A stretch of 64,000 bases of DNA, taken from Sminthopsis crassicaudata. Taxonomy: Eukaryota. The stretch covers positions 249,678,055-249,742,054 of the forward strand of contig NC_133622.1 in assembly GCF_048593235.1 (NCBI RefSeq). The letters run 5' to 3'. The position numbers and the translations under genes are program-made. Positions 53,641 through 64,000 of the stretch are shown one piece after another (position 1 is the first letter of the stretch; each line of letters starts with the position of its first letter). The notes beneath the pieces are model-generated. The model made no database searches, was not told where the DNA came from, and saw only the letters and a program-made list of their open reading frames with translations.

Positions 53641-56600
53641 ATGAGCCCCCTCCTGCTGACCGCCCTGCTGCTGCTGCTGCCGCCGCTGCCCCCCGGAACC
53701 CCGGCGCAGGTAGGTGCGCCCGCGCCCCCGCTGCCCTCTTCCCAAGGTTGGCGGAAGGAAGTGGGGCCACGGCGCGGCCGAGGGCCCCGCGCGGTGGGTG
53801 CCAGCCCCGGGAGTTCGGACGGGCCGAGGGCAGCGGCGGGGGGCAGGCGCCCCTGCCGGCCCCCGGGGCTTAGCTGGGGGGTGGGGGTGGGCGGGACCAC
53901 GTTCTCCCCTCCTGCCAGCCGTGCCCCTCCCCGGCCCCGCCCGGCCGGACAACTGTGGCCGGAGGGCACGGGGCTGCCGGAGAGCTGCGGCGGGGCGGCC
54001 CGGCCGAGCCTGGGGAGGCGGTGCCCTCGAGGATGGGGAGGGCGGCCGCGGGGTCCACGGGAGGCAGCCGCTCCGGAGAAGCTGGATTCGGAGCGCAGAG
54101 GCAGGCTCCTTCCCCGACTCGGCCCCTCCCTCAGCCCGGGCTGGGGGCGGGGGCGGGGTGAGAAGCAGTTGGCTCCTTGCTAGCTACATGACCTTGGACT
54201 AGTCAGCTCCCTTGAAAGCGTCCGCCTCTGCCAGCACAGTTCTGCCGCTGCCCGGCTGCTCCCCGGGTGCGCGGCTGTTGCTAACCGGGGGAGTGTCCAG
54301 GCTCGGGGGCTTCCCGGCTCTCCTCGTTTCCCGGAGACTTGCCCCCGACTTGCAGGCGGCTCATTATCATGCCAGGTGGAGGCTGAATTGAGCCCGAGCC
54401 CCGAGCAGAACTGAAGCAGGGAACCCGGGATTTGAACCCAGGTCCTCTGACCCCCAAATAAAGCCGCGTAGGGATCCATACACACAACCCACAAGGTCCA
54501 GAGCAGGGATTTCTTCTGAGGGGCCGGGAGAAGGGACTGTGGTCGGGTCAGGGAAGGATTCCTTGAGAAAGGGTGAAGCTCTGGGAGACGCTGAGCATCT
54601 CCTGAGGCATCAGCCGGGTTCTAGTTCTGGATCATGGGTGCCTCCCAGTTCTCACGTTCTAGTGTGGAAGCATAGTGTCTTGTTCCCCCTCCAGACTTCC
54701 AGCTCCCCCCCTGAGGGGCCCCGCCACCAAGAGAAAGGTAAGAGCAGGGGCTTCAGAGGGATTCTGGGACCAAAACCCCAAACAGATGGCAGCTGCAGGA
54801 GTGCAGGGGCTGAGCTCTAAAAGGGGGCTGGAGCTGAGCAAACTGCATCCGTTCGGGGTGTCAGGGGGGCGCGGAGAGGAGCGGGGCAGGTCCCTGGAGG
54901 ATGCAGAGCAGGAGCGCTCAGGCACATGGGCACTTGTCCTTTCAGCAGTGGTTCCTTGGCTGGAGGTGTTCAGCCGAGCCTCCTGCCAGCCCAGGGAGGT
55001 GCTGGTGCCCTTGAGCCTGGAGTTCCCCGGGGAGGTCGCCCACCAGCTGGTCCCTAGCTGCGTGCCCCTGCAGCGCTGCGGAGGCTGCTGCCCTGATGAG
55101 GCTTTTGAATGTGTGCCTACTGGGCAGCGCCACGTCCGGATGCAGGTACCGGAGTGGGGAGGGAGCCGCAGGGGCCCTGCCAGGGAAAACAGCCGGCCTG
55201 CCCGTGTCGGCGCTGCCGGAAACTGAGCGGGCACCGAGTCCCGACGTAATTCTGCCGCCTTGGAGCCTCCCCAAGGCTCACGGGCAAAGGGGAGAGAGTC
55301 CTGCCACTTGTGTGACCTCGGCCAGGCTACCCGGGGTCATTGCCCTCATCTGGGTCTCGGTTTCCTCAGCTGTAATGTGACTGGAGACCCCTCCCAGATC
55401 TAAAAGCCCCGGTCTTGGGACCCCCTCTGTTCCTCCCCAGCCCCCCCTCCCCACAGTTCTCTCTCTCTCTCTCTCTCTGCCAACCCTTCACTCTGAGAAC
55501 AGATCCTGATGATCAGATACCTAAGCAGTCACCTGGGGGAGATGTCCTTCGTGGAGCACAGCCAGTGTGAATGCAGGTAGAAGGGCCAGGAGAGGGGGGG
55601 GGAACCGCACGGAGGGGGAGAAGCCCAGAGCTCTGGGAGCCTTGGCTGCACTTGGATTGGCCACTCTGGGTTCTGCCATCAGAGCTGTCACCCCGGCCAG
55701 ACTCACTTCTGAGAAAGTTTGTTTACATAATCAGCCTTGTCCCCTTTTAATTTAAATTAAAGGGGCTGTGGGAGGCTTGAAATCTGGCTGCCCAGGGCCC
55801 CTATCCTCTCTCCCTTTTTGCTTTTCAGACCCAAAAAGGACATTTTGGTGAAACAAGTCAGGTAAGCTCACAGCTGGCTTTCCCCATTTTGGGCACTAGC
55901 TCCAGAACCGGGCCCTCAAGGGGTCCAATGTGGGCCAGATACCTTGGCCCCGAGTGGCACCATGAGTCAGGAAGCTGCCCCCTGAAAGAGCCTCGTCCTG
56001 CTTCAGCACCTGTCCCTGGCCCCCTCTGGATCCCCTCCTACTGTCCTTGTCTCAGGGCCTGGGAAGTCTGGCCAGGGGCCAGGGCTCTCCAGGGCCTCCT
56101 GCTCCTTGCCCACCACCCCCACCCCACCTCCCCACTCCCACTCACTCCTCAGCTTCAGGCTGATCACACGAGCGCTCCCTTTTGCTAGTGTCAGCTCCAG
56201 GCCCCAGTGCCCCAGATGTGCCCAGAGACGCCAGCGCCCCGATCCTCGAACCTGCACCTGTCGCTGCAGACGCCGGAGCTTATTGCGTTGCCAAGGGCGG
56301 GGCCTAGAATTCAACCCAGACACCTGCAGGTGAGTAGAGGCAGACCAGGTCAGAGCTGGGGGGGGGGGAGGAGCAGGCTACACCCTACATCCACAAACTC
56401 CACATGCCTCCATAAGTCAGAGAAGCAGGGGCAGAAATTAAGGAGCCAGCCACCCTGAAGTTGGGGAACTGGAGGTCAAAGGATTTAGAGCAACAAGAGA
56501 CCTTGGGGTTCATCTCCTGCAACCCTCGAGGATCTGAGAGGCAGTTATTGTGCGGGCAGCAGCTGGCCACATGGAGCGGCCAGACTGGGGTCACTGTCAA

Positions 56601-57165
56601 CGGCCAGCGGCACTGACATGAAAAGAGGAGCTCAGGAGAAGGCTGAGGGCCTTGGCTTCCGTGGCTCTCACTTGGGGGAAATGATGAGCTCTCCACAGTC
56701 CCTCCCAGTTCTAAGGACCCTCCCGTTCCGTTCCAAGAGTCCTGCATTCCATGTTCTGAGCCCTCTGAGCCCTGTTTTCTAAGAATTCTCCCATTCTGTG
56801 TTCTAAGAATTCTCCCATTGTGTTCTAAGGGCCCTCCCATTCTATTTTTTTTCAAGAGTTCTTCCATTCTTGTTCTAAGAGCCCTCCCATTCTGTGTTCT
56901 AAGGGCCCTCCCTGCCCTGACATAATTGCTTCTTTCACCCTCATCTGACTCTTCCAAGACCCTGGCCTAAGGAGCATTTATTAGGCCCTTTCTGGATTTG
57001 GAGGACCACAGGGAAAGACAAAATGACGTGGGTTTAGCCTCTGATGGGGCTTTTTGAATGCTGGACTCCTTCAGGCTTTCTCTGGTGGGGAGGATGCCTT
57101 GGTTCAGAGGACTGAGCTTGCTTGACCTTCTTGATGTCCTCAGGTGCAAGAAGCTGCGAAGGTGA
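53641..57165 (+). CDS. VEGFB: Vascular endothelial growth factor B (167-type isoform), 190-aa precursor
   Basis: Exons 53641-53709, 54695-54737, 54949-55145, 55503-55576, 55829-55861, 56195-56329, 57144-57165; total 573 nt. Cystine knot PSCVPLQRCGGCC...EHSQCECR and Cys-rich heparin-binding tail ending CKKLRR*. NAGNAG acceptor at 54946/54949. Confidence 0.96.
56705..56910. repeat. Degenerate ~24-bp tandem repeat in the last VEGFB intron
   Basis: ttctaag(aattc/ggccc)tcccattctgtg units. Confidence 0.85.
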
Positions 57166-58619
57166 CAGCCCTTCCTGGATTCTGAAGGGACATCCCTTTT
57201 TGACCCCTCGCTGGGATGGGGGAGCCCTGTTGGGTCGACGCACCAGTGGCTTCAGCTGGGGAAGAAGCAGCTGCTACACAGGAAGCCCAGACCTGAGCTG
57301 CTTGAAGGGGAGGGGGCGGGCAGGGGAGGCCACTGGTTTGGGGCAGAAGGGAATGGACCCTTCTTTACTGAATGCCCCCCCTCACCCAGAGAAGCACCTT
57401 GTCCCTTATTGCTCCCCACTTTTCCCCTGCCGATTGACAATGGGATGAACAAAGGTGGGAGGACCCCAGAGCCTCAGAGAATGTTCTTGGCTTTGGTACA
57501 CGGACTGTGTGACCCCCAAACCTCATAAAAGTGATGAAAAGAGCCGACTTCTAAACTCTGTGCAGACTCATCACATAACTAGGCCAACCCTAAGCCGTCC
57601 TGGTGCACGGTGGTTGGCGTGGGAGAGCGGCAGTGGGGGGCCAGCGGGGGAGGGGGAGAGAAGACGTCCTGGAAGCTCCGTCCTGGCAGTCTCCCAGCTC
57701 AGATTCTGGGGCCAAGGTGGCCCCGGGCACAGCGGGCATCGGGAGGCTAACCTGACCCAAAACCAACCGGCCCCAAAGTTCACGCCTAGGTGGAGCCCAA
57801 GCCTCAGCAGGGGAAAAGGCACCCAGAGACCCCCACTTCAGAGAATGAGACCCTGGAGTTCACACCCAGTGGCCAAGGGAGGAGGGGTGGCGTTCCTCAT
57901 GCCCACAAGAGGGAGGACCTTCAGCCATTTGCTCAGAGAAGATGAGGGAGGCAGCACCCCAGATCCCGGCGACCTTTCCCCTCTCCCAGCTTGTGGGTGT
58001 CCAGAGGCTCTTACTGACTAGCCCTGGCTCCTGCAACGTTGGTATTGAGACCGCAGCCCCCCCACCTCACCGCGGAGTCCCTCCTGGGCCCCCCACTGTC
58101 CTCCTGAAGGGGATAGGTCACTGGATTTCTGAGATCCTTTCCAGGCAACAGAAGCAGGCGAGTCCCTCTAGAATCGGGGGATCCCCTTCTCTTCCCCACC
58201 CGGAGTGGGGGGGTCTCAGGGACTCATCTGGAGCCCACTCCTACTTCCTGTCCTGGGGCCCCACGGAGCAATCTGAAAACCTTCCATTTCACACTCCAAC
58301 GGGAAGGGGAGCCCAGGGTTACTGGGGGCAGCCGGCTCCTTCTGGGAGGTCCGGGGCTGGCCCTTCCCGTAGTCCCGCAGGGTTGTTATTCGGGGAGGGA
58401 GGGAGGGAGGGGTTCAGCTCCCCGCACATGCGCCGGGCTACAAGGAGAAATTGAGGCACAAGGCGAGCAGGGGTCACTCAAGGTCACATGGTTCCCAGGC
58501 TACGAAGCAGGGGCTCCATTCCTGCACGGGGTCCGGAGGATCCGCAAAGGGGTCAGGCTGGGAAGGCTGAGACCTGGGCCTTGGGGGAAACTGAGTCAGG
58601 ATCCGCCAGGAGTGAGGGA

Positions 58620-58990
58620 GGACTGGGGGCAAAATGGCGCCAGTCCTAGGGCAGGCGGGAGCCAGCGCGACCTGCGCTGCGCCCGACCGGAAGTAGAGGC
58701 GGCCGGGTCGGAAGTCGCCCTTAACCCTAAAACCGGGAAGCCGGCGCTCTGCTAGGGGAGAGCCGAGGAGGGGAAGTGACATCACCTCCTGCAGGGGTGC
58801 AGCAGGTCTCTGGACCAGACAGACCCCCGCAGCCTCACGTGATAGAGGCGGTTCTGGAGGCGGGGTCCCGAGGCTCCCTGACCAATGACAGAGGGCGGCG
58901 TGGCCCCGGCCGAGGCGTGGTGGCGGCGCGTGCGCAGTGGCGGCGGCGGCGGCGGCACTGATCAGGACTCCGGGGGCGCGGTGAGGAGGT
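58620..58990 (+). promoter_or_regulatory. FKBP2: FKBP2 CpG promoter and non-coding exon 1
   Basis: YY1 aaaatggcg, ETS ccggaagt/ggaagt, TCACGTGA E-box, CCAAT at 58882, (GGC)6 at 58939, donors at 58981 and 58989. Confidence 0.6.
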
Positions 58991-60206
58991 GAGCGGGGGG
59001 CCGCAGCCCGGGGCGGGGACGGGACTGGGGCCGGGGCCCGGGGGTCCGCCGAGGGGCAGGGTAGCAGGGAGAGGGACCCGGGGATATTGCCAGTGGGGGT
59101 GATGCCGCAGGGGGCGGAGTCGTATTCAACAGGGGGCGGGGCCCCAAGCCAAGGGGCGGGGGCTGATCCAGGAGAAGGTGGGGCCCCGAGTCGGGAGCCG
59201 AGTCCCGGGCTAACGGACCTTGGAGCTCCGGGGGCGGAGCCGGGACCCGCAGAGGGCGGGACTGTGATCGGGGGCGGGACCCTGGGCCTGGGGGCGGGGC
59301 TGGCCCCGCGGAAGCACGCAGCCATTGGCCAGGGGGCGGATCCCAGGGCGGAGGTGGGCGGGGCATCGGGCCCCGGGGCTGAGCCTCTGAAGGGAGGGGC
59401 CCAAGCACCCCGGCCCACTGCGGTCCCTGGGGAAAGTCCTGGGCTCCGGAGCAGAGGAGGCCTCCTGGGAGGGCGAGCCTGGGGTCGAGGTCGGCCCCGG
59501 ACCCCCCCAGGAGAAGTGGTGTGGGTAGAAAGGGAGCAGCGGGCGCCAGACCCGGGCCCCGTGTGGGTGCCCCGCAGACCTCCGCGGGCTCAGAGCTGGG
59601 GGGGCGCCCCCGGGGGAGGTGGAGGTCAGGCCTGGGGGGTCACCTCCACGGACAGGGGCTCCCCGGAGCCCACGGGAGACGTGTGGGTCCCCAGGGGGCG
59701 CCCCCCGTCCGTTGGGGAGGTGTGGGTGTGCTGGGCTGGAGGGGCCTGGGTGTGGCGGGAGTGGGGGGTGCCGGTGGGGCCTGCTGGGGGGCAGCCCGAG
59801 AGGGTCTGGACCTTGCGGAAAGGGGAGGCCACCAAGGGCGCGGGAGGAAACTGAAGGGCGGGGCATCAGGGCAGGGAATGAGCGGGATGGGGGGGTGGGA
59901 TCCCTGGCGACAGCTTTGGGGCAGGACCCCCGGCTGCTGTGTCTTCCCCTCATCCCCTCCCCCCGCTGCTGGGCTCAAAGGTCAAGCCCCCTTTCCGCTG
60001 GACAGGTAAGTGTGGCTGCCGAGGGCTGCTGGGGAGGGGGCTGGGGGAGTCCCTGGGGATAACTCACTGAGGGGAGGGCACCCACTTTGGCGGTGACCCC
60101 AGCAGACAAGGGGGGGCATTGGTTGGGATGGGGGGCTTTGGGGGTGCAGCCCCCAGCTCCCAGTGACCGTCTCTTCTGTCCTCCCCTGCTTTGTGCCCAC
60201 AGGGTC

Positions 60207-61423
60207 ATGCAGCTGAGCTGGCTTCTGGTCTTCCTGTCCCTCTGCCTGGGTGTGCTGCCCACCAGGGCGGGGGAGGGGAAGCGAAAGCTGCAGATTGGAG
60301 TCAAAAAACGGGTGGACCATTGCCCCCTCAAGTCCCGCAAGGGGGACGTGCTCCACATCCATTACACTGTGAGCAGGCCCAGTGGGGAGCGCCTCCTGCA
60401 GGGCCGGGGGGCAGGACCCCAGGGCTGGGGGGAGGGCTTTCCCTCAGCTCTGCTTGCTTGCGACCTCACCCCCCTCTCCCTGCACAGGGGAGGCTGGAGG
60501 ATGGCACCGAGTTTGACAGCAGCCTCCATCGAGACCAGCCTTTTGTCTTCTCCTTGGGGACAGGCCAGGTCATCAAGGGCTGGGACCAGGGGCTCCTCGG
60601 GTAAGTGGGGGGCTGGGAGGTGGGGGGCCGGGCTCGTGATTGGCTGCTGGGGCTGCAGGGCTCTGTTCTCCTTGCAGGATGTGTGAGGGGGAGAAGCGGA
60701 AGCTGGTGATCCCTTCAGAGCTGGGTAAGAGCCTGGGGCTTTGGGCTGGGGGCACTGCACCGCACTGCCTTGAGACAGCTCGTCTCTTGGCCTGGCGTCC
60801 ATCCTCTGCCCCCAGAGGAGGCGGCTCTGTCCAGCCGCTCGGGACACCTGGACCTGGCGCTCCTGACCTTGATGTCCCCATCGCAACCTGAGGGGTCTTC
60901 CGGGGGCTCTTGCCTTCCCCCCCCCTTCCCGGGGCTTCTGGGAGAGCATGTTTAAAAGTCCCAGCTCTTGCCTCTGCCCCTCTCGGAATTCTAAAGTAGG
61001 TTGGCACATGAAAGCCATTGCCAGCTCCATTGAAAGAGGGCCAAGGAGGTGGGAGGCCCCCCCCAAAGCTGTCCCTGTGTCACAGGCCTGGGCTCCTTGC
61101 TAGGAGGTCATTGAGAGCTTTGCCCATCTGCTTCTGCTTTAGAGTCTGGGAGAGGAGGTTCTTAATGGGCATTCCCCAGGGTAGGGGGAAGGGGAGGGTA
61201 TGGGCCAAAGGCGCCTCCTTCATGCACCTACTTCTCCCCACAGGATACGGGGATCGAGGGGCTCCCCCGAAGATTCCAGGTAATCCATCTGACCACCTTC
61301 TGTCCCCGAGCCCCCCTTCTATGGCCGTGCTCTGAAGCCTCCTTCTCTTCCTCCCTCCCAGGTAGAGCCACGTTGGTGTTTGAGGTGGAGCTGCTGAAGA
61401 TCGAGCGGAGACCTGAACTCTAG
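60207..61423 (+). CDS. FKBP2: FKBP2 (FKBP13), ER peptidyl-prolyl isomerase, 139 aa
   Basis: Exons 60207-60368, 60488-60600, 60678-60724, 61244-61279, 61362-61423; total 420 nt. Signal peptide, FKBP motifs ([11 protein letters not shown]) and KDEL-like C-terminus RPEL*. Confidence 0.98.
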
Positions 61424-61507
61424 CAGAGGGGCCCGGGAGGGGGGTGGGGGGTGGGGGGAGTCAGGAAGTCCTTCTCTCAGGGGACCATTCTTTGTTAAAA
61501 AAAGTGA

Positions 61508-61513
61508 AATAAA
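61508..61513 (+). terminator. FKBP2: FKBP2 poly(A) signal
   Basis: AATAAA 85 nt after the stop codon. Confidence 0.8.
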
Positions 61514-62342
61514 AAAAGCCAAAGGGAGTATGTGTGCTTGTGTGTGCAAGCGTGTGCATGCGCATGTGTAGCCCTTGTGCAAAGGCTGGCAGAGCAGGAA
61601 CCAGGGCAGCTGGGCTGATAAGCATGTGGGCCCCGCCTCCAGGCCTGCTTGGCTGCAGGCGCTCTGGGCAGCCTCTCCTAGCTGGGTGGCCTTATTTCAG
61701 CCGGGAAGTCGGCCTCAAAAACCTCAGCAGGCCTGCCCACGGGGCTGGAGCAGAACCCAGCAATCGCAGCCTCCAGGGCCCCAACCTCTTCTCCTAGCTT
61801 GTAGTGCCATGTTGTGCCACATGGGGGCACAGGAAACCCAGCTTTCCAGGCAACTTGGGCAGAGTGAAGGGGCTTGGGCCGGGTGGGATGGGCAAGGGGG
61901 CAGAAGCCAGTTCTGGGGCAAGCCAAGAAAAGCAGGGGAAGTCCTAGTTGATTCCTGTGCCCTCAGTGGGTGGCAGGAGTTGGCACGGTGCCAGTGTGGC
62001 TGAGCCCAGGCCGGAAGCCCGGGCCGGAAAGGGGGCACATGCCTTCCAGCTGACATCAGCAGCGCCAGCCACCCCGCCCGCCTCGCCTGCCCCAGCCTCC
62101 CCAGCCAGTTCTGTCTCCAGTCTGGGGATGGAGCTCTGGGTTGTCGCCACAGCAACAAGGGCCTTGGAGGAAGGCTTGCTGGAGGCCTCCTGGGGTCCAG
62201 ATGGGCACAAGGACCGCTCAGGCTCCGGGCAGTGTTCTGTAGGTGCCCCTTCCCTCCCCCCCCCCTTGTAGGCAGGAGATGCCGGATCCCACCCCCCAAG
62301 CACACAGACCAGGCTCAGCGTGCACAAAAGGCAGGTCCTGGC

Positions 62343-62348
62343 TTTATT
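62343..62348 (-). terminator. PPP1R14B: PPP1R14B poly(A) signal
   Basis: TTTATT on +, about 270 nt beyond the stop codon. Confidence 0.75.
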
Positions 62349-62619
62349 CAAGGGCCTGTACGGCCATCGATATAAAAACACAAAAAGTCCCTCAGCTTAA
62401 TAACAATAAAAAAAACCCCAAACGGAAACTCAGGGGGGCAGGGAGAGGCCCCGAGGAGGAGCTCAAGGGGCCCTCTGGGGGCACCAGGCCCAGGCAGCAG
62501 GGCCCCCCCCTCAAGTATTGCTGTTGCTACGAGGTCTGGGGAAGTGGGGTGGGCAGCGATTGTCCTGGTGGGTGGCCCCCGCCTCGCCCCAGTCAAAGGG
62601 TGGGGTGGGGGGCGGGGCC

Positions 62620-63132
62620 TCACTTCTTCTGGGGTGTGCTCAGCTTTTGCATCCCTCGGATCTTGTCTAGCAGGTCAGAGATGAAGGCCTGGTGGGAGAG
62701 AAGCCAAGTTGGGGCGGGGAGGGGCTCCGTGGGACCCAGGCGTCCTGGCTGGGACACCAAAAGCCCTTGGATGGGGGAGCGGCTCGGGGATGGAGACCCC
62801 CCCACACCCACAGTCTCTTACCTCGGTGGGTTTGTAACAGTCAACCAACAGCTCCTGAGGGAAAGAGAGGCACACGGTGAACCCCTTGAGGAGCCTCCTG
62901 CCCAGCCCAAACCTGCTCCAGAGCTGCCCCGAGCTCAGGGACCCCCACAGGCGAGCCCTGAACGTGCAGCTAAAGCCCAAGGCTTGCGCCTGTGCCCGCT
63001 ACAGGCCAGGGGCTCGGGCTCTAGCACAGGGCAGCGCCCCTGCCCCACCTTGACTCGGGCAGCCCGAGTGCTGTCAGTCTCCATGTCCAAAAGCTCATCC
63101 ACGTCAATCTCCAGCTCAGGGATCTCTTCTTC
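62620..63132 (-). CDS. PPP1R14B: PP1 inhibitor PHI-1, exons 2-4; exon 1 lies right of the window
   Basis: 63132-63049 (EEEIPELEIDVDELLDMETDSTRAARVK), 62854-62822 (ELLVDCYKPTE), 62688-62620 (AFISDLLDKIRGMQKLSTPQKK*). Confidence 0.97.
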
Positions 63133-64000
63133 CTGGGGACAGAAGGGGCTGAGTTGGGCACAGAGGGGAGAGGCTCCTGGGTGGGCTCCCCTGCCCGCAC
63201 CCTCAAGCACCCCCTCCCCTCCTCAAGCACTTTTGGAAGGTAGAGGGTGGCAGCTGCAGGGATAGAGAACCAGGGCCAACAGCACAGGGCTGAAGGGGAG
63301 ACAAATTGCCAGAAAAGAATCAAGGCAGCATCCTGCCAGCGGGCACAATGGGGCCAAAGGAGGAAGGGTGCCAAGCGGGTATTGCCAGGGGAACCCCAAA
63401 GTGAGGGCGCTCAGAGGAGGAAGACGAGGGGCAGGGAAAATAAGGAACAGGGCAGGCAGAAAGAAGATGGGTTCCTCCTGGCAAGGGCCGATCCCCCCTC
63501 GGGCACAGGTGGTGCCAGCTGCCTCTGTTCAACGGCTCCTGCCCCCATTCCCTCCTCCCCCCAAACACCTGCCATGAGCTTCCTGCCCAGCATGGGGGAG
63601 GGGGGCTCCACCACATCCCAGCCCCCTCCCTGGGAAGCAGCAGCTGGAGAGGGGAGAGGAGAGGAAGTGAGGATTGGGAGGGGTCAGAGGTCAGACCTGA
63701 GAAGCCTGGGACCCTTGGAAACAGGAACAATGGGAGGCTCTGGAGAGGGGGAGGGAAGGAGCCCCCAGCAGACCCTTCCAGAAGCAGCTGCATTCCAGGG
63801 CAGGGCCGGGGCCTCCCCCCACCGCACCGCACCGCACCCTTGGGTCCCTGACTCATCTCCATCAGCAACCCGAGTCGGGGAGGAGAGGGCGGGAAGAGCC
63901 CGGCGGGCAGACAATGGGCGCCTCCCCGCTCCCGCTCCCCAGCCAGGGCCGCCTTCCCGGGTCTCTGAGACCGCGCATGGGGGCGCCAAACAAGGGCCCT

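Noticed and set aside
58882-58903. Possible ERSE in the FKBP2 promoter
   Set aside because: CCAAT is followed by N9 = gacagaggg and then CGGCG, not CCACG. Spacing and orientation fit neither ERSE nor ERSE-II.
58474-60062. Long Pro/Gly/Ala-rich ORFs around the FKBP2, VEGFB and DNAJC4 CpG islands
   Set aside because: Expected from stop-codon depletion at very high GC; no domain signatures; they overlap on both strands.
62407-62412. Plus-strand AATAAA inside the PPP1R14B 3' UTR
   Set aside because: It is the reverse of a U-rich UTR tract, and FKBP2 already has a proximal signal at 61508.

Overview
This is vertebrate genomic DNA, not microbial. It is GC-rich, has N-masked blocks, and is almost certainly marsupial, probably dasyurid, judged from a WSINE1-like CORE-SINE and marsupial-type L1 3' ends. 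It is syntenic with human 11q13 in the same order and orientation: MACROD1 (-, exons 1-3 only), STIP1 (+, 543 aa), FERMT3 (+, 650 aa), TRPT1 (-), NUDT22 (+, 291 aa), DNAJC4 (+, 240 aa), VEGFB (+, 167-type, 190 aa), FKBP2 (+, 139 aa) and PPP1R14B (-, exons 2-4). Exons were resolved by hand from GT/AG boundaries and phase; human comparisons are from memory, not a search. The rest is LINE/SINE/solo-LTR debris, VNTRs and simple repeats. Most long ORFs in the track are repeat or GC artefacts. I see no CRISPR array, tRNA/rRNA gene or convincing new multi-gene system. Best leads: a palindrome whose arms are the poly(A) signals of convergent FERMT3 and TRPT1; no accessible VEGF-B186 frame; a 12-aa N-terminal deletion in kindlin-3; frame conflicts in MACROD1 exon 1 and the last TRPT1 junction (possibly assembly indels); overlapping uORFs in DNAJC4 and VEGFB; a 1.6-kb array of 5' splice-site consensus in MACROD1 intron 1; and a mirtron-shaped STIP1 intron.
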